Part shown: one piece after another, positions 8,769-20,150 of the stretch
How the letters are laid out: the number at the start of each line of letters is the position of its first letter
How positions within the stretch are numbered: position 1 is the first letter of the stretch
DNA from: Candidatus Marinacidobacterales bacterium
GTDB taxonomy: Bacteria > Acidobacteriota > Vicinamibacteria > Marinacidobacterales > SMYC01
Assembly: GCA_965224085.1 (NCBI GenBank)
Contig: CBDCYI010000004.1
Coordinates: 448,001-512,000 of the forward strand
Reading direction: 5' to 3'
DNA length: 64,000 nucleotides
The notes under the pieces: generated by a model
Told to the model about the DNA's origin: nothing
Databases searched by the model: none
The model's input: the letters and a program-made list of their open reading frames with translations, nothing else
Translations under genes and position numbers: made by a program

Positions 8769-9707
8769 ATGCGACTCATTCTCGCCTTCGCCTTGCTCGC
8801 CGCGACGACGGCACACGCGCAAGACTACCCCTCTCCCCGGCGCGACGTGCGCCACATCATCCCTTGGGGCGCGGGCGGCGCCACCGACACGGCGATGCGC
8901 GGCTTCATGCAGTATTTCGAGAAACACCTCGGGACTTCGGTCATCACTGAGAACATCCCCGGAGGTTTGAGCGCGGTCGGCCTCCTGCGTCTCAAGATGG
9001 CGCGGCCCGACGGTTACACCATCGGCACCTTGACCTATGACGTGCTGACCCTTTCGGCGCAGGGGCTCGCGCCGATCGCATGGGAGGACTTCGAGCCCAT
9101 CGGCATGATCACGGAGCATCCGAGCGCTCTCATCGTCGGCGCGGAACGCTTCGCGACTCTCGAGGCTTTTCGCGAAGAGGCTGCCGCGGGGGCGCGGCTC
9201 AAAGTCGGGAACGTGGGTACGGGCGGCATTTGGCATCAGCATGCCGCGGCTATGGAGAAGGCTCTGGCTATTTCTCTCACGCACATCCCTTACGAGGCCG
9301 GCTCAGGCGCACAGCTCACAGCGCTTCTCGGAGGCGAGGTCGATGCGACCCTGGCTAGTTTGCCCGCATCCTTACCTTATGTACGTGAAGGCACCTTGCG
9401 GGTGCTCGCGGTCATGTCCGAGCAACGCGACACGCTCGTGCCCGATGTGCCCACGTTTCGCGAGAAAGGCTTCGACATCGCCTATGGAGGCTTTCGTGTG
9501 CTCGCCGTTCCCAACGGCACTCCGAAAGACGTGCTCGGCCGACTCGAAACGGCGCTTCGCGCAGCTTGGAACGACCGAGCGTTCCAAGCATGGGCCGACA
9601 AAGCGGTGATCGGCGCTCGTTTTCGCGACGCGAAGGAGACCCGCGTTTATCTGCGCGACACCGCCGCGAAGGTCAGAGCACTCATGAAGGCGCTGGAGCT
9701 ATCGTGA
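8769..9707 (+). CDS. tctC: Tripartite tricarboxylate transporter substrate-binding protein
   Basis: YPSPRRDVRHIIPWGAGGATD, ENIPGG, PDGYT, PDVPTFRE. Confidence 0.9.
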   Translation: MRLILAFALLAATTAHAQDYPSPRRDVRHIIPWGAGGATDTAMRGFMQYFEKHLGTSVITENIPGGLSAVGLLRLKMARPDGYTIGTLTYDVLTLSAQGLAPIAWEDFEPIGMITEHPSALIVGAERFATLEAFREEAAAGARLKVGNVGTGGIWHQHAAAMEKALAISLTHIPYEAGSGAQLTALLGGEVDATLASLPASLPYVREGTLRVLAVMSEQRDTLVPDVPTFREKGFDIAYGGFRVLAVPNGTPKDVLGRLETALRAAWNDRAFQAWADKAVIGARFRDAKETRVYLRDTAAKVRALMKALELS

Positions 9708-9968
9708 ACGGAAGCGAAGCCATCGTCCGGACGCTCAAAGGCCTCGGGGTCGACGTCATTTTCGGTCTCTGCGGCGACACGACCTTGCCTCTCCACGAAG
9801 CCTTGTACGACATCGACCACGGGATGCGCGCGCGCCGGGTCGAGAGGCCTTCCGAGCTCGGGGCCTCCATCGAGGAGAGCCTCGCGAGCGACGGTCCATA
9901 TCTGCTCGACTGTCGTCACGCAGCCGCTTCACGAAACGAAGGCGCCGGTATCGAAGTGGATAGCGTGA
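9704..9968 (+). pseudogene. TPP-dependent enzyme (acetolactate synthase-like) head-and-tail remnant
   Basis: VNGSEAIVRTLKGLGVDVIFGLCGDTTLP (N-terminus) fused at DHGM/RARRVE to ...DGPYLLD, then a +1 frameshift to VVTQPLHETKAPVSKWIA* (C-terminus). Confidence 0.8.
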
Positions 9969-9984
9969 GCCCACGGCTCGGGCC

Positions 9985-10386
9985 ATGAACCGGGACAGTG
10001 TTTCGGGGGCGGCGCTTCTTCTTCTTTCCGGCGCTTACTTTTTTGCCGCTCGGGGGCTTCCTTCTGCGAGGGATGAGCCGGGGCCCGTTTTTTTTCCTAC
10101 GCTTCTTAGCGGTGTGCTTTTGGTTCTCGCTCTCGTCATTCTTGTTCGGGGATGGCGCTCGAGTGCCGGTGAGGCGCGGCGGCGGTCGTGGCGGGTCATT
10201 GGCGTCACGGTTGTTTACGCGGTTGTTTTTTCCTCCATAGGGTTCGCCACCGCCACCGTTGTCTATATCGGCGCTGTCGCGCTCGTGCTCGGGCGGCGGG
10301 GGTGGAGGGTGCTCGCGTTGTCGGCGGCCACGACGGTTTCCATCTATCTCGTCTTTGGTCTTGGGCTCGGGGTTCCGCTTCCTTGA
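9985..10386 (+). CDS. tctB: Tripartite tricarboxylate transporter small membrane subunit
   Basis: PGPVFFP motif, 4 TM segments, C-terminal LGVPLP. Confidence 0.85.
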   Translation: MNRDSVSGAALLLLSGAYFFAARGLPSARDEPGPVFFPTLLSGVLLVLALVILVRGWRSSAGEARRRSWRVIGVTVVYAVVFSSIGFATATVVYIGAVALVLGRRGWRVLALSAATTVSIYLVFGLGLGVPLP

Positions 10387-11816
10387 CGCTCGCAGCGCTC
10401 GGCTTTCTTGCCGGCGGCGTGGCACTTGGGCTCGTCGTGGGGGCCATTCCCGGCTTAACGGCTACGCTGGCTATAGCACTTCTTCTGCCGTTCACGTTCT
10501 CGCTCGAGACGGTGGACGCGCTGCTCGCGCTCATCGGGATTTATGTGGGCGGCATCTATGGCGGCTCGATCACGGCGATCACGGTCCGCATCCCAGGAGC
10601 GCCCGCCAATACGATGACGCTACTCGACGGGCACGCCATGGCACGGGCGGGTCGAGTCGAGGAAGCGCTCGGGCTCGCTACGTTCAGCTCCTTCGTCGGC
10701 GGGATCGCGGGAGGCGTCGTGCTCGTTTTGTTTGCGCCGCAGCTCGCCCGTCTCTCGCTCGAGTTTCAATCCCCGGAGATTTTCTCGCTCGTCGTCTTGG
10801 CACTCGTCGCGGTCTCGGCCGTCAGCACCGGTCCGCTCACGAAAGGTCTCGCGGCAACGACCCTTGGGCTCATGCTCTCGACGGTTGGGCTCGACCGGCT
10901 CGTCCCCGTGAGCCGCTTCGCCATGGGCGTCCCGGATCTGCTTGCCGGCATTCCGCTGCTACCGGTCGTCATCGGGCTGTTCGCGCTGAGCGAGCTGTTC
11001 TGGCAAGCGGGCGAAAAGCTCGAATCGCTCGAGAAACCCGCGATCGCGTGGCGGCGCGCCTTCGATTTCGTACCGACCGTGAAGCGCGTCGGGTTAAAGC
11101 TTTTCGCGAAGAGCGCCGCGATTGGCGCCTTCGTCGGCGCGCTCCCCGGCGGCGGGGCGGCCATGAGTGCTTTTCTCGCCTATACCGAAGCAAAGCGGTG
11201 CGCGCCGAATCCTGCCGCGTTCGGAACCGGCATTCCCGAAGGCATCGTAGCACCCGAGACCGCTAACAACGCGATGACGGGCGGCGCCTTCGTGCCGATG
11301 CTCGCTTTCGGCATCCCAGGCGATGCGGTTACCGCGGTCATCCTGGGCGGCCTCATCATCCAAGGTCTGACGCCCGGCCCAACGCTCTTCCGTGATGCCG
11401 GCGATGTGATGACGCCCCTTTTCGTTGGCTATTTCCTCGCCTACGTACTCGTCCTCGTCCTCGGGCTTGCTCTGCTTCCTTGGTTCGCGAGCCTCGCGAC
11501 GATCGACCGCAAATATTTGCTGCCTTTCATCGGCGCGGTGTCGCTCGTCGCCGCTTATGCGTCGGAGCGGACCGCTTTCGCGATGGGGCTGACGGTCGCG
11601 ATCGGCATTTTCGGCTTCACGCTGCGGCATTTCGGCTACCCGCTCGTTCCGGTCTTGCTCGGGCTCATCCTAGGTCCGCTTCTCGAGACCAATTTCCGCC
11701 GGTCACTCATCCTGTCAGAAAACGGCGCGTGGATCTTTTTCTCGTCGCCGATAAGCGCGTGCTTACTGATTGGCGCTCTTATGCTAGCGATTTACTTCAC
11801 CCGCCGTCGCCATTAG
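10383..11816 (+). CDS. tctA: Tripartite tricarboxylate transporter large permease
   Basis: GAIPGLTAT, YGGSITAI..IPG.PA, DGHAM, APETANNA. TTG start overlapping the tctB stop is inferred. Confidence 0.9.
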   Translation: MTLAALGFLAGGVALGLVVGAIPGLTATLAIALLLPFTFSLETVDALLALIGIYVGGIYGGSITAITVRIPGAPANTMTLLDGHAMARAGRVEEALGLATFSSFVGGIAGGVVLVLFAPQLARLSLEFQSPEIFSLVVLALVAVSAVSTGPLTKGLAATTLGLMLSTVGLDRLVPVSRFAMGVPDLLAGIPLLPVVIGLFALSELFWQAGEKLESLEKPAIAWRRAFDFVPTVKRVGLKLFAKSAAIGAFVGALPGGGAAMSAFLAYTEAKRCAPNPAAFGTGIPEGIVAPETANNAMTGGAFVPMLAFGIPGDAVTAVILGGLIIQGLTPGPTLFRDAGDVMTPLFVGYFLAYVLVLVLGLALLPWFASLATIDRKYLLPFIGAVSLVAAYASERTAFAMGLTVAIGIFGFTLRHFGYPLVPVLLGLILGPLLETNFRRSLILSENGAWIFFSSPISACLLIGALMLAIYFTRRRH

Positions 11817-11867
11817 GTAACCCTTGGCCTTTTTCTTAGCCATCTCGGTCTAGAGCGGCTTCGTACG

Positions 11868-13916
11868 CTACTCGCTCGCCGGAGTCGTGCCCAGTGCATG
11901 ATGCGTGACCCACTCGAATTGGCGCTTCAAGCGGTCGAGCCGGTGGTAGTACTCACGCAAGCCATGGCCTTCGCGCGGGTAGAAAACGAGCTCGACAGAA
12001 ACGCCGCGGTCTTTGAGCGCGCGGTAGAACTCCATTGGCTGGCCAATGGGCACGCGCTGGTCGCTTCCACCATGAAGGATCAATGTCGGAGTCGTGACCT
12101 GATCGGCGAAGGTCAGCCCTGACCGGTCGCGATAGAGCTGCTCCGTCTCTGATGACAACGTTCCGTTGAAGAACGTACCCAGATAACTTGGGATGTCGTT
12201 GGTGCCGTACATGCTGACGAGATTCGTGAGACCGGCCCCGATCATCGCCGCTTTGAAACGCGTCGTCTGCGACACCGTCCAGCACGTCATGTAGCCGCCA
12301 TAGCTCCAGCCTTGAAAGGCGAGCTTGTCGGGATCGGCGATCCCCATCTCGATCACGGCATCGACCCCGGCCATGATGTCGCGGTAGTCTCCCCCGCCCC
12401 AATCCGCAAGATTTCCCTGCATGAACGTCTCACCGTAATTCGTGCTGCCGCGCGGATTCGGATAAAGCACCGCCCATCCTTGACCGGCCCAGTGTTGCCC
12501 GCCGTCGCCGTAGCGCACGCGGTAGAAATCGTGATGCGCGCCGTTGGGGCCGCCATGCGCCACGGTCATGAGCGGATAACGCTCGCCTTGAAGGTAGCCA
12601 ACCGGCTTCACGAGAACGCCTTCGATCTCGAAGCCATCAGTGCTCGTCCACCGGATGACTTCAGTCTCGCCAAGCGCAAGCTCTCGCGCGTCGGGATGGA
12701 CGTCGCTGAGCTTTGCCGGCGCGGAAAAATCGAGCCCCGACACGTAGACGTCGGCCGGCGCCTCGGCGGATTCGAGCGTAAAGGCCGCCCGCGAGCCGTC
12801 GGCGCTCACCGAGCCCAAGCCGACGAATCGTTTGTCGGTGAGCTTGTCGTAGCGATCCGATGCGACGTCATAAGCGAAGACTTCACGATAAACGCTATCG
12901 CCCGCGGTAAAAAGGATCCTCCGGCTGTCCGGCGTCCATCGGGGATTTCCGGGAATCCGATCGAACCCCGTCGAAACATCTGTGAGGCTCCCTTCCTGCA
13001 CATCGTAGATCGTCAAACGTGCGTTCATCAGCGGTTGGATGAGCGTGCCGTCGGGAAGCGGCTCGCTCTCATTCGGGATCGACAGGAAGGCGATGGCCCT
13101 GCCGTCCAGAGACCATTTGGGTGAGCGATCCGCTCCGGGATTATCGGTAATCTTGCGCGCGCCGCCTCCGACCGGCAGAACATAAACGTCGTCGCGGCTG
13201 TCTCGAAGCCAGAGCGTAGGAGCACCGGTAAAAGCAATCCGGGTCCCGTCGGGAGACCAGCTCGGGCGGCCCTTGACGGTGAATGCGGAAGCTTCGGTTT
13301 GAATCACCGCCTCTTTGGAGGAGACGTCGATCACCCACAGTCGGTTGAATCGCGCGTCGTCTTCATAGACGAGCGGATCGTCGCGACGCTCTTTCTTTTC
13401 TTCGTCGTCTTCGGAGAGAGCCTCTTTCGAAGTGAAAGCAATCTTGCCGCCGTCCGGCGACCAAACATAATCGAGGACGCCCTCTTTTGCTTCTGTTAAT
13501 GGCATCGCTTCACCGCCGGCGGCGCGCATCAGCCAGACTTGCCGCTTGGGCTCGTCTTCCTCGTCCTTGCCGCTTCCGCGCGCGGCGAGAAAGCTCACCC
13601 ACTTGCCGTCCGGCGACCACTGCGGCCCACTCTCGCCCTTTTCGCCAAAAGTTAGCTGCGTCGCCGCGCCGCCTTCGGACGCCACCCGCCAGAGATGCGA
13701 AACGAAGTTCTTCGCACCTTCTTTATCGCCCTCCTCCCAGGCCGTCACGGAGTAGACAACCGCAGCACCGTCGGGAGAGATCTGCGGCAAGCCGACACTC
13801 TTCATCGACAAGATATCCTCGAAGTCGACAGGACGCTTGTCCTGCGCAAGACCGAAGGAGTCGACGCCAAGAGCCCCCGAAACGAGAGCAACGAGAGCGA
13901 GGTATCGATATTTCAT
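11868..13916 (-). CDS. S9-family (prolyl oligopeptidase/acylaminoacyl) peptidase
   Basis: WSPDG (PD40) repeats, HGGP, GWSYGG nucleophile elbow, D-RVP, EGH; signal peptide from MKYRY. Confidence 0.92.
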   Translation of the reverse strand: MKYRYLALVALVSGALGVDSFGLAQDKRPVDFEDILSMKSVGLPQISPDGAAVVYSVTAWEEGDKEGAKNFVSHLWRVASEGGAATQLTFGEKGESGPQWSPDGKWVSFLAARGSGKDEEDEPKRQVWLMRAAGGEAMPLTEAKEGVLDYVWSPDGGKIAFTSKEALSEDDEEKKERRDDPLVYEDDARFNRLWVIDVSSKEAVIQTEASAFTVKGRPSWSPDGTRIAFTGAPTLWLRDSRDDVYVLPVGGGARKITDNPGADRSPKWSLDGRAIAFLSIPNESEPLPDGTLIQPLMNARLTIYDVQEGSLTDVSTGFDRIPGNPRWTPDSRRILFTAGDSVYREVFAYDVASDRYDKLTDKRFVGLGSVSADGSRAAFTLESAEAPADVYVSGLDFSAPAKLSDVHPDARELALGETEVIRWTSTDGFEIEGVLVKPVGYLQGERYPLMTVAHGGPNGAHHDFYRVRYGDGGQHWAGQGWAVLYPNPRGSTNYGETFMQGNLADWGGGDYRDIMAGVDAVIEMGIADPDKLAFQGWSYGGYMTCWTVSQTTRFKAAMIGAGLTNLVSMYGTNDIPSYLGTFFNGTLSSETEQLYRDRSGLTFADQVTTPTLILHGGSDQRVPIGQPMEFYRALKDRGVSVELVFYPREGHGLREYYHRLDRLKRQFEWVTHHALGTTPASE

Positions 13917-13969
13917 ACCGTTTCTATACCACAAAGCGAGAGCGGCCGGCGGCACGCTAGAATGGACAT

Positions 13970-15517
13970 ATGGAGCCGGCACGCCGATTCATCGTGACAC
14001 CGACGATCGTGGCCATGAACGTCGCCATCTTTCTCGCGATGGTGAGCCTCGGCGTCTCCGCGACTACGCCCGGTCCCTGGGAGCTCTTGCCGTTCGGCGC
14101 CAATTTCGGCGGCTACACCGTGGACGGGCAGTGGTGGCGCTTGCTCACCTCCACGTTTCTCCACTTCGGCGTGCTCCATATCGGTTTCAACATGTGGTGC
14201 CTCTGGAGCCTCGGCCGTTTGGCCGAACGGATGTTCGGGAACTGGCAATTTCTCGCGATCTACCTGCTCACCGGTCTCGGGGGAAGCGCTGCTAGCCTCA
14301 TCTGGCATCCCTATGTCGTGAGCGCCGGCGCGTCCGGCGCCGTGTTCGGGATCGCCGGGGCGCTCGCTTCGTTTCTGTATCTCGCTCACATCCACTTGCC
14401 CGAGAAAGTCGGGCGCGATCTTCTGACGAGCATCCTATTCTTTATCGGCATCAACTTGATCATCGGCTTCTCGCTCGACTTCGTCGACAACGCGGGCCAT
14501 CTCGGCGGGCTCGTCGTAGGCGCGATTCTCGGCGCGGCACTCAAGTATCGCACCGCCTTTCTTCTTGCCGCGGCAACCGCCGTCGTTGCGCTCGTCGCGT
14601 CGACGCCCATCGCGAAAGAGCGCGCGCACAATAGCGCTGCGGTCCTCGAGACCGAGGCGCTGCTCCTCGCCGCCACGGCCCGAAGCGAGGAAGCGCTCGC
14701 CAAGATCGAGGACGCACTCGAGAGCGAGGCCACGGTCCGAAGGCTCAGCATGGCGGCCGAGCTCTACCTCACGAGGGGACGCTACGGCGACGCGGTCGAC
14801 GCCGCGCGCCGCGCGGTCGCGCTCGACCCGCAGCACAAACCCTCCCAACAACTGCTCGGAACGGCCCTGTTCTCGGCCAGGCGGTACGAAGAGGCGGTGG
14901 ACGAGCTCCGCCTCACGATCCAGCTCGAGAGCGTCGACGAGCGGCGCGATGCCCTCGAGCGCAACCCCGCTGCGCTACAGAGTCACGTGCTTCTCAGTCG
15001 ATCGCTTCATGAACTCGGGCGCCAAGAGGAGGCCGTGAAGGTTCTCGCGGAGGACCTCGAGTGGGCGCCCGACTCGTTCGTCGCTCACAACGAGATTGGC
15101 CTCGTCTATTACCGCATCGATGAGATCAAGCTCGCCGTCGCCGCTCTTCGAAGAGCCGCAGAGCTCGAGCCCGGCCACCCTGAGCCCCACAACCGCCTTT
15201 CGCTGATCCTAGCGCCAAGCGGCGCACTCGACGAAGCACTCCAATCGATCGATACCGCCATGGAGCTCTTACCCAACGCACCGCACCTACTCGACAGCCT
15301 CGGGACGGTGCGCTTTTATCGCGGCGAGCTCGACCTTGCCGTCGAAGCCTATCGCGAAGCCATTGCGCTCGAGCCGCAACGGGCCGTCTATCACTACAAC
15401 CTCGCCATGGCGTTTCTCGAAAACGGTAACAAAGCGGCCGCCGCGGAAGCGAGGGCCGAAGCGCTGCGGCTACAACCCCATTTCGAGCCCACCGAGGAAG
15501 GTCGACCCGAGATCTGA
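13970..15517 (+). CDS. Rhomboid intramembrane serine protease with C-terminal TPR repeats
   Basis: WRLLTSTFLH, HIGFNM, GASG and NAGHLGG catalytic motifs, followed by several TPRs. Confidence 0.9.
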   Translation: MEPARRFIVTPTIVAMNVAIFLAMVSLGVSATTPGPWELLPFGANFGGYTVDGQWWRLLTSTFLHFGVLHIGFNMWCLWSLGRLAERMFGNWQFLAIYLLTGLGGSAASLIWHPYVVSAGASGAVFGIAGALASFLYLAHIHLPEKVGRDLLTSILFFIGINLIIGFSLDFVDNAGHLGGLVVGAILGAALKYRTAFLLAAATAVVALVASTPIAKERAHNSAAVLETEALLLAATARSEEALAKIEDALESEATVRRLSMAAELYLTRGRYGDAVDAARRAVALDPQHKPSQQLLGTALFSARRYEEAVDELRLTIQLESVDERRDALERNPAALQSHVLLSRSLHELGRQEEAVKVLAEDLEWAPDSFVAHNEIGLVYYRIDEIKLAVAALRRAAELEPGHPEPHNRLSLILAPSGALDEALQSIDTAMELLPNAPHLLDSLGTVRFYRGELDLAVEAYREAIALEPQRAVYHYNLAMAFLENGNKAAAAEARAEALRLQPHFEPTEEGRPEI

Positions 15518-15521
15518 GCCG

Positions 15522-16772
15522 ATGGCCGGGCGGGCGGTGGTCGTGGGTGGCGGCGGGATCGGTGTCGCCTCAGCCTACTATCTGAACCGCTCGGGCTGGA
15601 ACGTGACGCTCGTCGACAAGGGCAGGATCGGCCGCGGTTGTTCGTACGGCAACGCCGGCCTCATCGTGCCGAGCCACTCGGAGCCGCTTCCCGGCCCGGG
15701 CGTCATCGGCCAGGCGCTCCGCTTCATGACGAAGAGGGACGGCCCGTTCTATGTGCGTCCGAGGCTCGATGTGGGCCTCCTGCGTTTCTTTTGGCAGTTC
15801 CGCCGCTACTGCAATGCTCCTAAGGCCCGGCGCGCTTTTAGCGCTCTGCTCGGCCTCAGCGCGGGGAGCCTCGAGCTTTACGAAAAGCTGCGGCGCGACG
15901 GCGATGCCGATTTTTTTTTCGAGCGCCGCGGCCTCGTCGAAGTCGCTCTCACCGACGACGGCGTGGAACACTTCCGCCACGCACGCGAAGCACTGGATGC
16001 GGAGGGCTTCAACACGAAACTCCTTTCCCGAGACGAGGCGCTCGCGATCGAGCCCGCCCTTTCGCCGACTGTTCGCGGTGGGCTCTTCACCGAAGGTGAA
16101 GCGCACGGCTCTAGCTTCGCCTATATCACGTCGCTCGCGGCGACGCTCGAAAAGCGAGGGGCTTGCGTTGTCACCGATCGTGCGATCTCGCGGATCGTGC
16201 ACGACCGTGCGCGCCACATGAAAGGAGTCGAGCTCGATGGCGGCGAAACGCTCGAGGCCGATCTCGTCGTGCTCGCGGCGGGCGCCTGGTCCAGAACACT
16301 TGCAAAACCCCTCGGCGTCGACATTCCTCTGCAGCCGGCCAAAGGTTATAGCTGCACCATCGACACTTTCGAGGGCGCGCCGAGCTACCCGATTCTCGTG
16401 AAGGAACGCCGCGTTATCGTCACGCCTCTCGATTCCCGATTGCGCTTCGCCGGCACGCTCGAGCTCACGGGCTTCGACGAGACCATTCACGGGGTGCGCT
16501 ATGACGCGGTAAAGCGCGCCGGGTGCGAGATTTTGAACATTCGACGACCGCCCATGGAGAACGAAGAGCCTTGGAGCGGCTTGCGGCCCTTGACTCCAGA
16601 CGGCCTTCCTATCGTCGATTGGGCGCAGCCTTATCGAGGTCTTCTCGTGGCCACCGGACACGCGATGCTCGGGTTCACGCAATCCCCGATGACGGGGAAG
16701 CTCGTCGCGGAGCTCGCGAGTGGTGACGAGCCGTCCATCTCGCTCGAGCCTTTCCGCCTGGGTCGTTTTTGA
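15522..16772 (+). CDS. FAD-dependent D-amino acid dehydrogenase-like oxidoreductase (DadA family)
   Basis: VVVGGGGIG, SYGNAG, PAKGYS, WSGLRP, GHAMLG. Confidence 0.9.
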   Translation: MAGRAVVVGGGGIGVASAYYLNRSGWNVTLVDKGRIGRGCSYGNAGLIVPSHSEPLPGPGVIGQALRFMTKRDGPFYVRPRLDVGLLRFFWQFRRYCNAPKARRAFSALLGLSAGSLELYEKLRRDGDADFFFERRGLVEVALTDDGVEHFRHAREALDAEGFNTKLLSRDEALAIEPALSPTVRGGLFTEGEAHGSSFAYITSLAATLEKRGACVVTDRAISRIVHDRARHMKGVELDGGETLEADLVVLAAGAWSRTLAKPLGVDIPLQPAKGYSCTIDTFEGAPSYPILVKERRVIVTPLDSRLRFAGTLELTGFDETIHGVRYDAVKRAGCEILNIRRPPMENEEPWSGLRPLTPDGLPIVDWAQPYRGLLVATGHAMLGFTQSPMTGKLVAELASGDEPSISLEPFRLGRF

Positions 16773-18790
16773 GCTTCGTGCTCCTCTTTCTTGCGCTTTC
16801 ACAATCGATCGAAGACGTCCGGGTCGAGGGTAACTTGCGCTTGTCGGACGACGCCATTCGCCATCACGCCGCGGTCACGACGGAAGATGAGCTTGCGGAG
16901 GCGTTTCAACGTGTGTGGGCGACGGGGCTGTTCGAAGATGTCCGCTTCGATCGTGAAAACGGTGACCTCGTCATCCACGTGGAAGAAAAGCCGCTCCTCG
17001 CCGCGTACCGGCTCGAAGGCGAGAATCTATTCCAGGAAGAAGAGCTACTCGAAGGCTTGCGGAGAGCAGGGTTCGATTTGCACACGAACCGCGCGTTGGG
17101 TCAAGACGACGCGCGTACCGTCGCGCGTCTCACCCAACAGTTTCTAGGCGAAGAGGTAGACGTGCGCGCGCGTGGAGCCTCTCCCCGACGCGCGCGTCGA
17201 GCTCGTCCTCACCGTCGAGAAACTCCCCATCGAGCAGCTTTCGAGCCTCGAGCTCGACGGCAACGAGGCCCTCACGGACGCTGAGCTCCGCGACGTGATG
17301 CATCTGAAGCCACGAGACTGGACGACGCGCATCACCGGCCGTGACAAGCTCTCACAACGAGCGCTCGAGGCGGACCTCAAAAGCCTCCGCAAACTCTATC
17401 GCTCGCGCGGCTATCGCGATATCCGGGTGGGTCCGGTCGATCTCGATAAAGCGCTCCGGATCCCGATCGTCGAAGGCCGACGCTATCGCCTCGATGCCGT
17501 CGAGATCGAGCCAGGCTCGCTTCTGAGCCAGGAGGAAGCAAACGCTTTTCTTCCTAGCCCGGGCGGCGTCTATGACGCGAGCGCGCTCGATGCCGTGACG
17601 GCACGCGTCGAACGTCACTACCAGTCCCGTGGCTATCCCGGTGTGCGCGTTGTGCGGGAAGAAAAGGCCGTCGCGGGCGCGGTGCACTTGATACTTCGGA
17701 TCGACGAAGGGGCCTTTCTTCGCGTCGGACGGATCCTGTTCCGTGGCAACGATCGTCATCGCGACCGCGATCTCCGGCAACAGCTCGACCTCGACGAGTC
17801 CGAGCGATTCAACCAGCAGCTCGTCGAACGGGATGTCGGGGCCCTCACGCGGCTCGAGACCATCGCCCGCGTCGTGCCCGAGATCGACTTCACCGCGCGG
17901 CCGGGACGTGTGGACATCACTTATCACATCGAAGAGGTGGACCCGTTCGAATATTTGATCGGCGGCGGCGTGAACGGGGTTCAAGGCGGGACGGGAAACG
18001 GCCAATTTATCGCCAAGAGCCTCCTCGGGCGCGGCGACATGTGGCGCTTCAACTTGGATCTCGGGGACCGTCTCCAGAATTTCGGTGTCAGCTATCGGGA
18101 TCCGTCGACGCTCGGCCATCGTCTCTTCTACTCCGTCGATTTCGTGCGTGCCAACTTGACCTATACAGACGAGACTTCGGAAAACACATTCGATTTCGCC
18201 TTTCGCATGGGCGGCCCGCAAAGCCGGCGGCGCCAATTTCTCGGAGGTGTTCGCGCCGTTCAATTCACGCTCGATACGAGCTTGGACGACGTCGTCCCTT
18301 TCTTGACGCCTTTCATCGGGCAGCGATTCCGAACGTATCGTGCGAGCGCAGCGCTCGCCTTCGACAGTCGGGAACGCCAGGTGTTCCCGTCGCGAGGCAC
18401 GGGGCTTTCTCTCGGTGTCGAACTCGTGACCGGAGACGTCGAAGCGGCCCACGCGCGCGCTCAGCTCACCCAGCTCGTGCGTCTCGGTGGAAGCCGGCGG
18501 CACCTGCTAGCGCTCTCGGGCCGCGTCGAAGCCGTCTGGTCATTCGGCGCGACCGTAGCCGACGGGCTGCCGCGTTTCGAACGTTTGTTCCTCGGTACTG
18601 AGAACGACATGCGCGGCTTCGCCATCCGCGGCGTCGGGCCGCGCGACGCCGACATCGTCGTGGGCGGCGACCGGCTCGTCTTCGCCGCAGCCGAGTATCA
18701 GTTCGCGCCTCACCCGCGCGTCCGGCTCACGGGCTTCTTCGATATCGGAAACGTCTACGCGACCGACTTCGAAGGCCTCGAGATGCCTTA

Positions 18791-20150
18791 GGGCCTGTTA
18801 CATATTAATATTTACAATACACTGTCATTGCTGCTATCCTCTGCTGGTTGCGAGACTATACGAGGATGGCAACAGATCGAAAGGTACCAGAGTCTGAGCG
18901 TCACTGGTTGAGGGTGCTGGGGACGTTGAACGAAGCGCAAGCGCGTGTTTTTGTGGCTCAACGGGCGCTTGAAGAAGGACGCGGCGGGGTCAGTCGGCTG
19001 TCACGACTTACGGGGATGTCGCGGCCGACCATCATGAAGGGCGTGGCGGAACTCAAAGCGAAAGCGCCGATAGTTGATGACGACAGCGCCCGAGTGCGCA
19101 AGCCTGGCGGGGGGAGAAAGCGGGTCGAGGAGTTAGACCCGAGAATCGAGCGGCAGCTGAAGAAGATCCTCGACGAAAGAACCGCCGGCGACCCGATGAA
19201 GCATCTCAAATGGACGAACAAGTCCACGAGAGCGATGGCGGAGGAGCTTGAACGCAAAGGTCACGATGTCTCGCACGTGACAGTTGCTCGACGCCTAGGA
19301 GAAATGGGTTACTCGCTGCAAGCTAACGTGAAGAGACTGGAAGGGGATCAGCACCCGGATCGGGACAAACAGTTTCGTTACATCAACAAGCAAGTAAGCA
19401 AGTTCATGCGAAGCAAGGATCCGGTCGTGAGCGTCGATACCAAGAAGAAGGAATTGATAGGAGCCTTTGAAAACAGGGGTAAAACGTGGAGGAAGAAGAA
19501 GGGCGGAGGTGAGCCGGTTCTTGTACACGACTTCCCCAGTATGGCTGAGGGCAAAGCAATTCCCTATGGGACTTACGATGTGTCCCGCGACGAAGCGCTG
19601 GTCAACGTCGGCATTACTCACGAGACTGCGGAATTCGCGGTAGAAAGCATCCGGAGATGGTGGCGCATACTCGGAAAAAAGTCTTATCCGATGGCGAAAC
19701 GTCTGCTTGTTTGCGCGGACGCCGGTGGAAGCAACGGAAACCGGCTGCGAGGCTGGAAGCTCCACCTCCAAAAGCTATCGGACCAACTGAAGATTCCCAT
19801 CACCGTATGCCACTATCCACCGGGAACCAGTAAATGGAACAAAATCGAACATCGACTATTCTCCTTTGTCAGCATGAACTGGAAAGGACGGCCTCTCGTG
19901 AGCTACGAGGCGGTCGTCAATCTTATCGGCAACACCAAGACCCGAACCGGCTTGAAGGTAAAGGCCATGCTGGACAAGAACTCCTACGAGACAGGCCAGA
20001 AGGTCAGTAACGAAGAAATGCAGGAGCTTCGACTCAAAATCCACCCCTTCCACGGCAACTGGAATTACACTCTCCATCCCCGACGTGCTTGATTGAGGGT
20101 ATTAATTCTTACCGAACTCGTATTTGTAAATATTATTATGTAACAGCCCC
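18791..20150 (+). mobile_element. ISAzo13-family insertion sequence (1360 bp)
   Basis: IRs GGGCCTGTTACATATTAATATTTACAA / TTGTAAATATTATTATGTAACAGCCCC; flanks TTA and TAA; lower GC than surroundings. Confidence 0.9.
18866..20092 (+). CDS. ISAzo13-family DDE transposase
   Basis: SVDTKKKELIG, ADAGGSNG, PPGTSKWNKIEHRLFS, FHGNWNY. Confidence 0.92.
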   Translation: MATDRKVPESERHWLRVLGTLNEAQARVFVAQRALEEGRGGVSRLSRLTGMSRPTIMKGVAELKAKAPIVDDDSARVRKPGGGRKRVEELDPRIERQLKKILDERTAGDPMKHLKWTNKSTRAMAEELERKGHDVSHVTVARRLGEMGYSLQANVKRLEGDQHPDRDKQFRYINKQVSKFMRSKDPVVSVDTKKKELIGAFENRGKTWRKKKGGGEPVLVHDFPSMAEGKAIPYGTYDVSRDEALVNVGITHETAEFAVESIRRWWRILGKKSYPMAKRLLVCADAGGSNGNRLRGWKLHLQKLSDQLKIPITVCHYPPGTSKWNKIEHRLFSFVSMNWKGRPLVSYEAVVNLIGNTKTRTGLKVKAMLDKNSYETGQKVSNEEMQELRLKIHPFHGNWNYTLHPRRA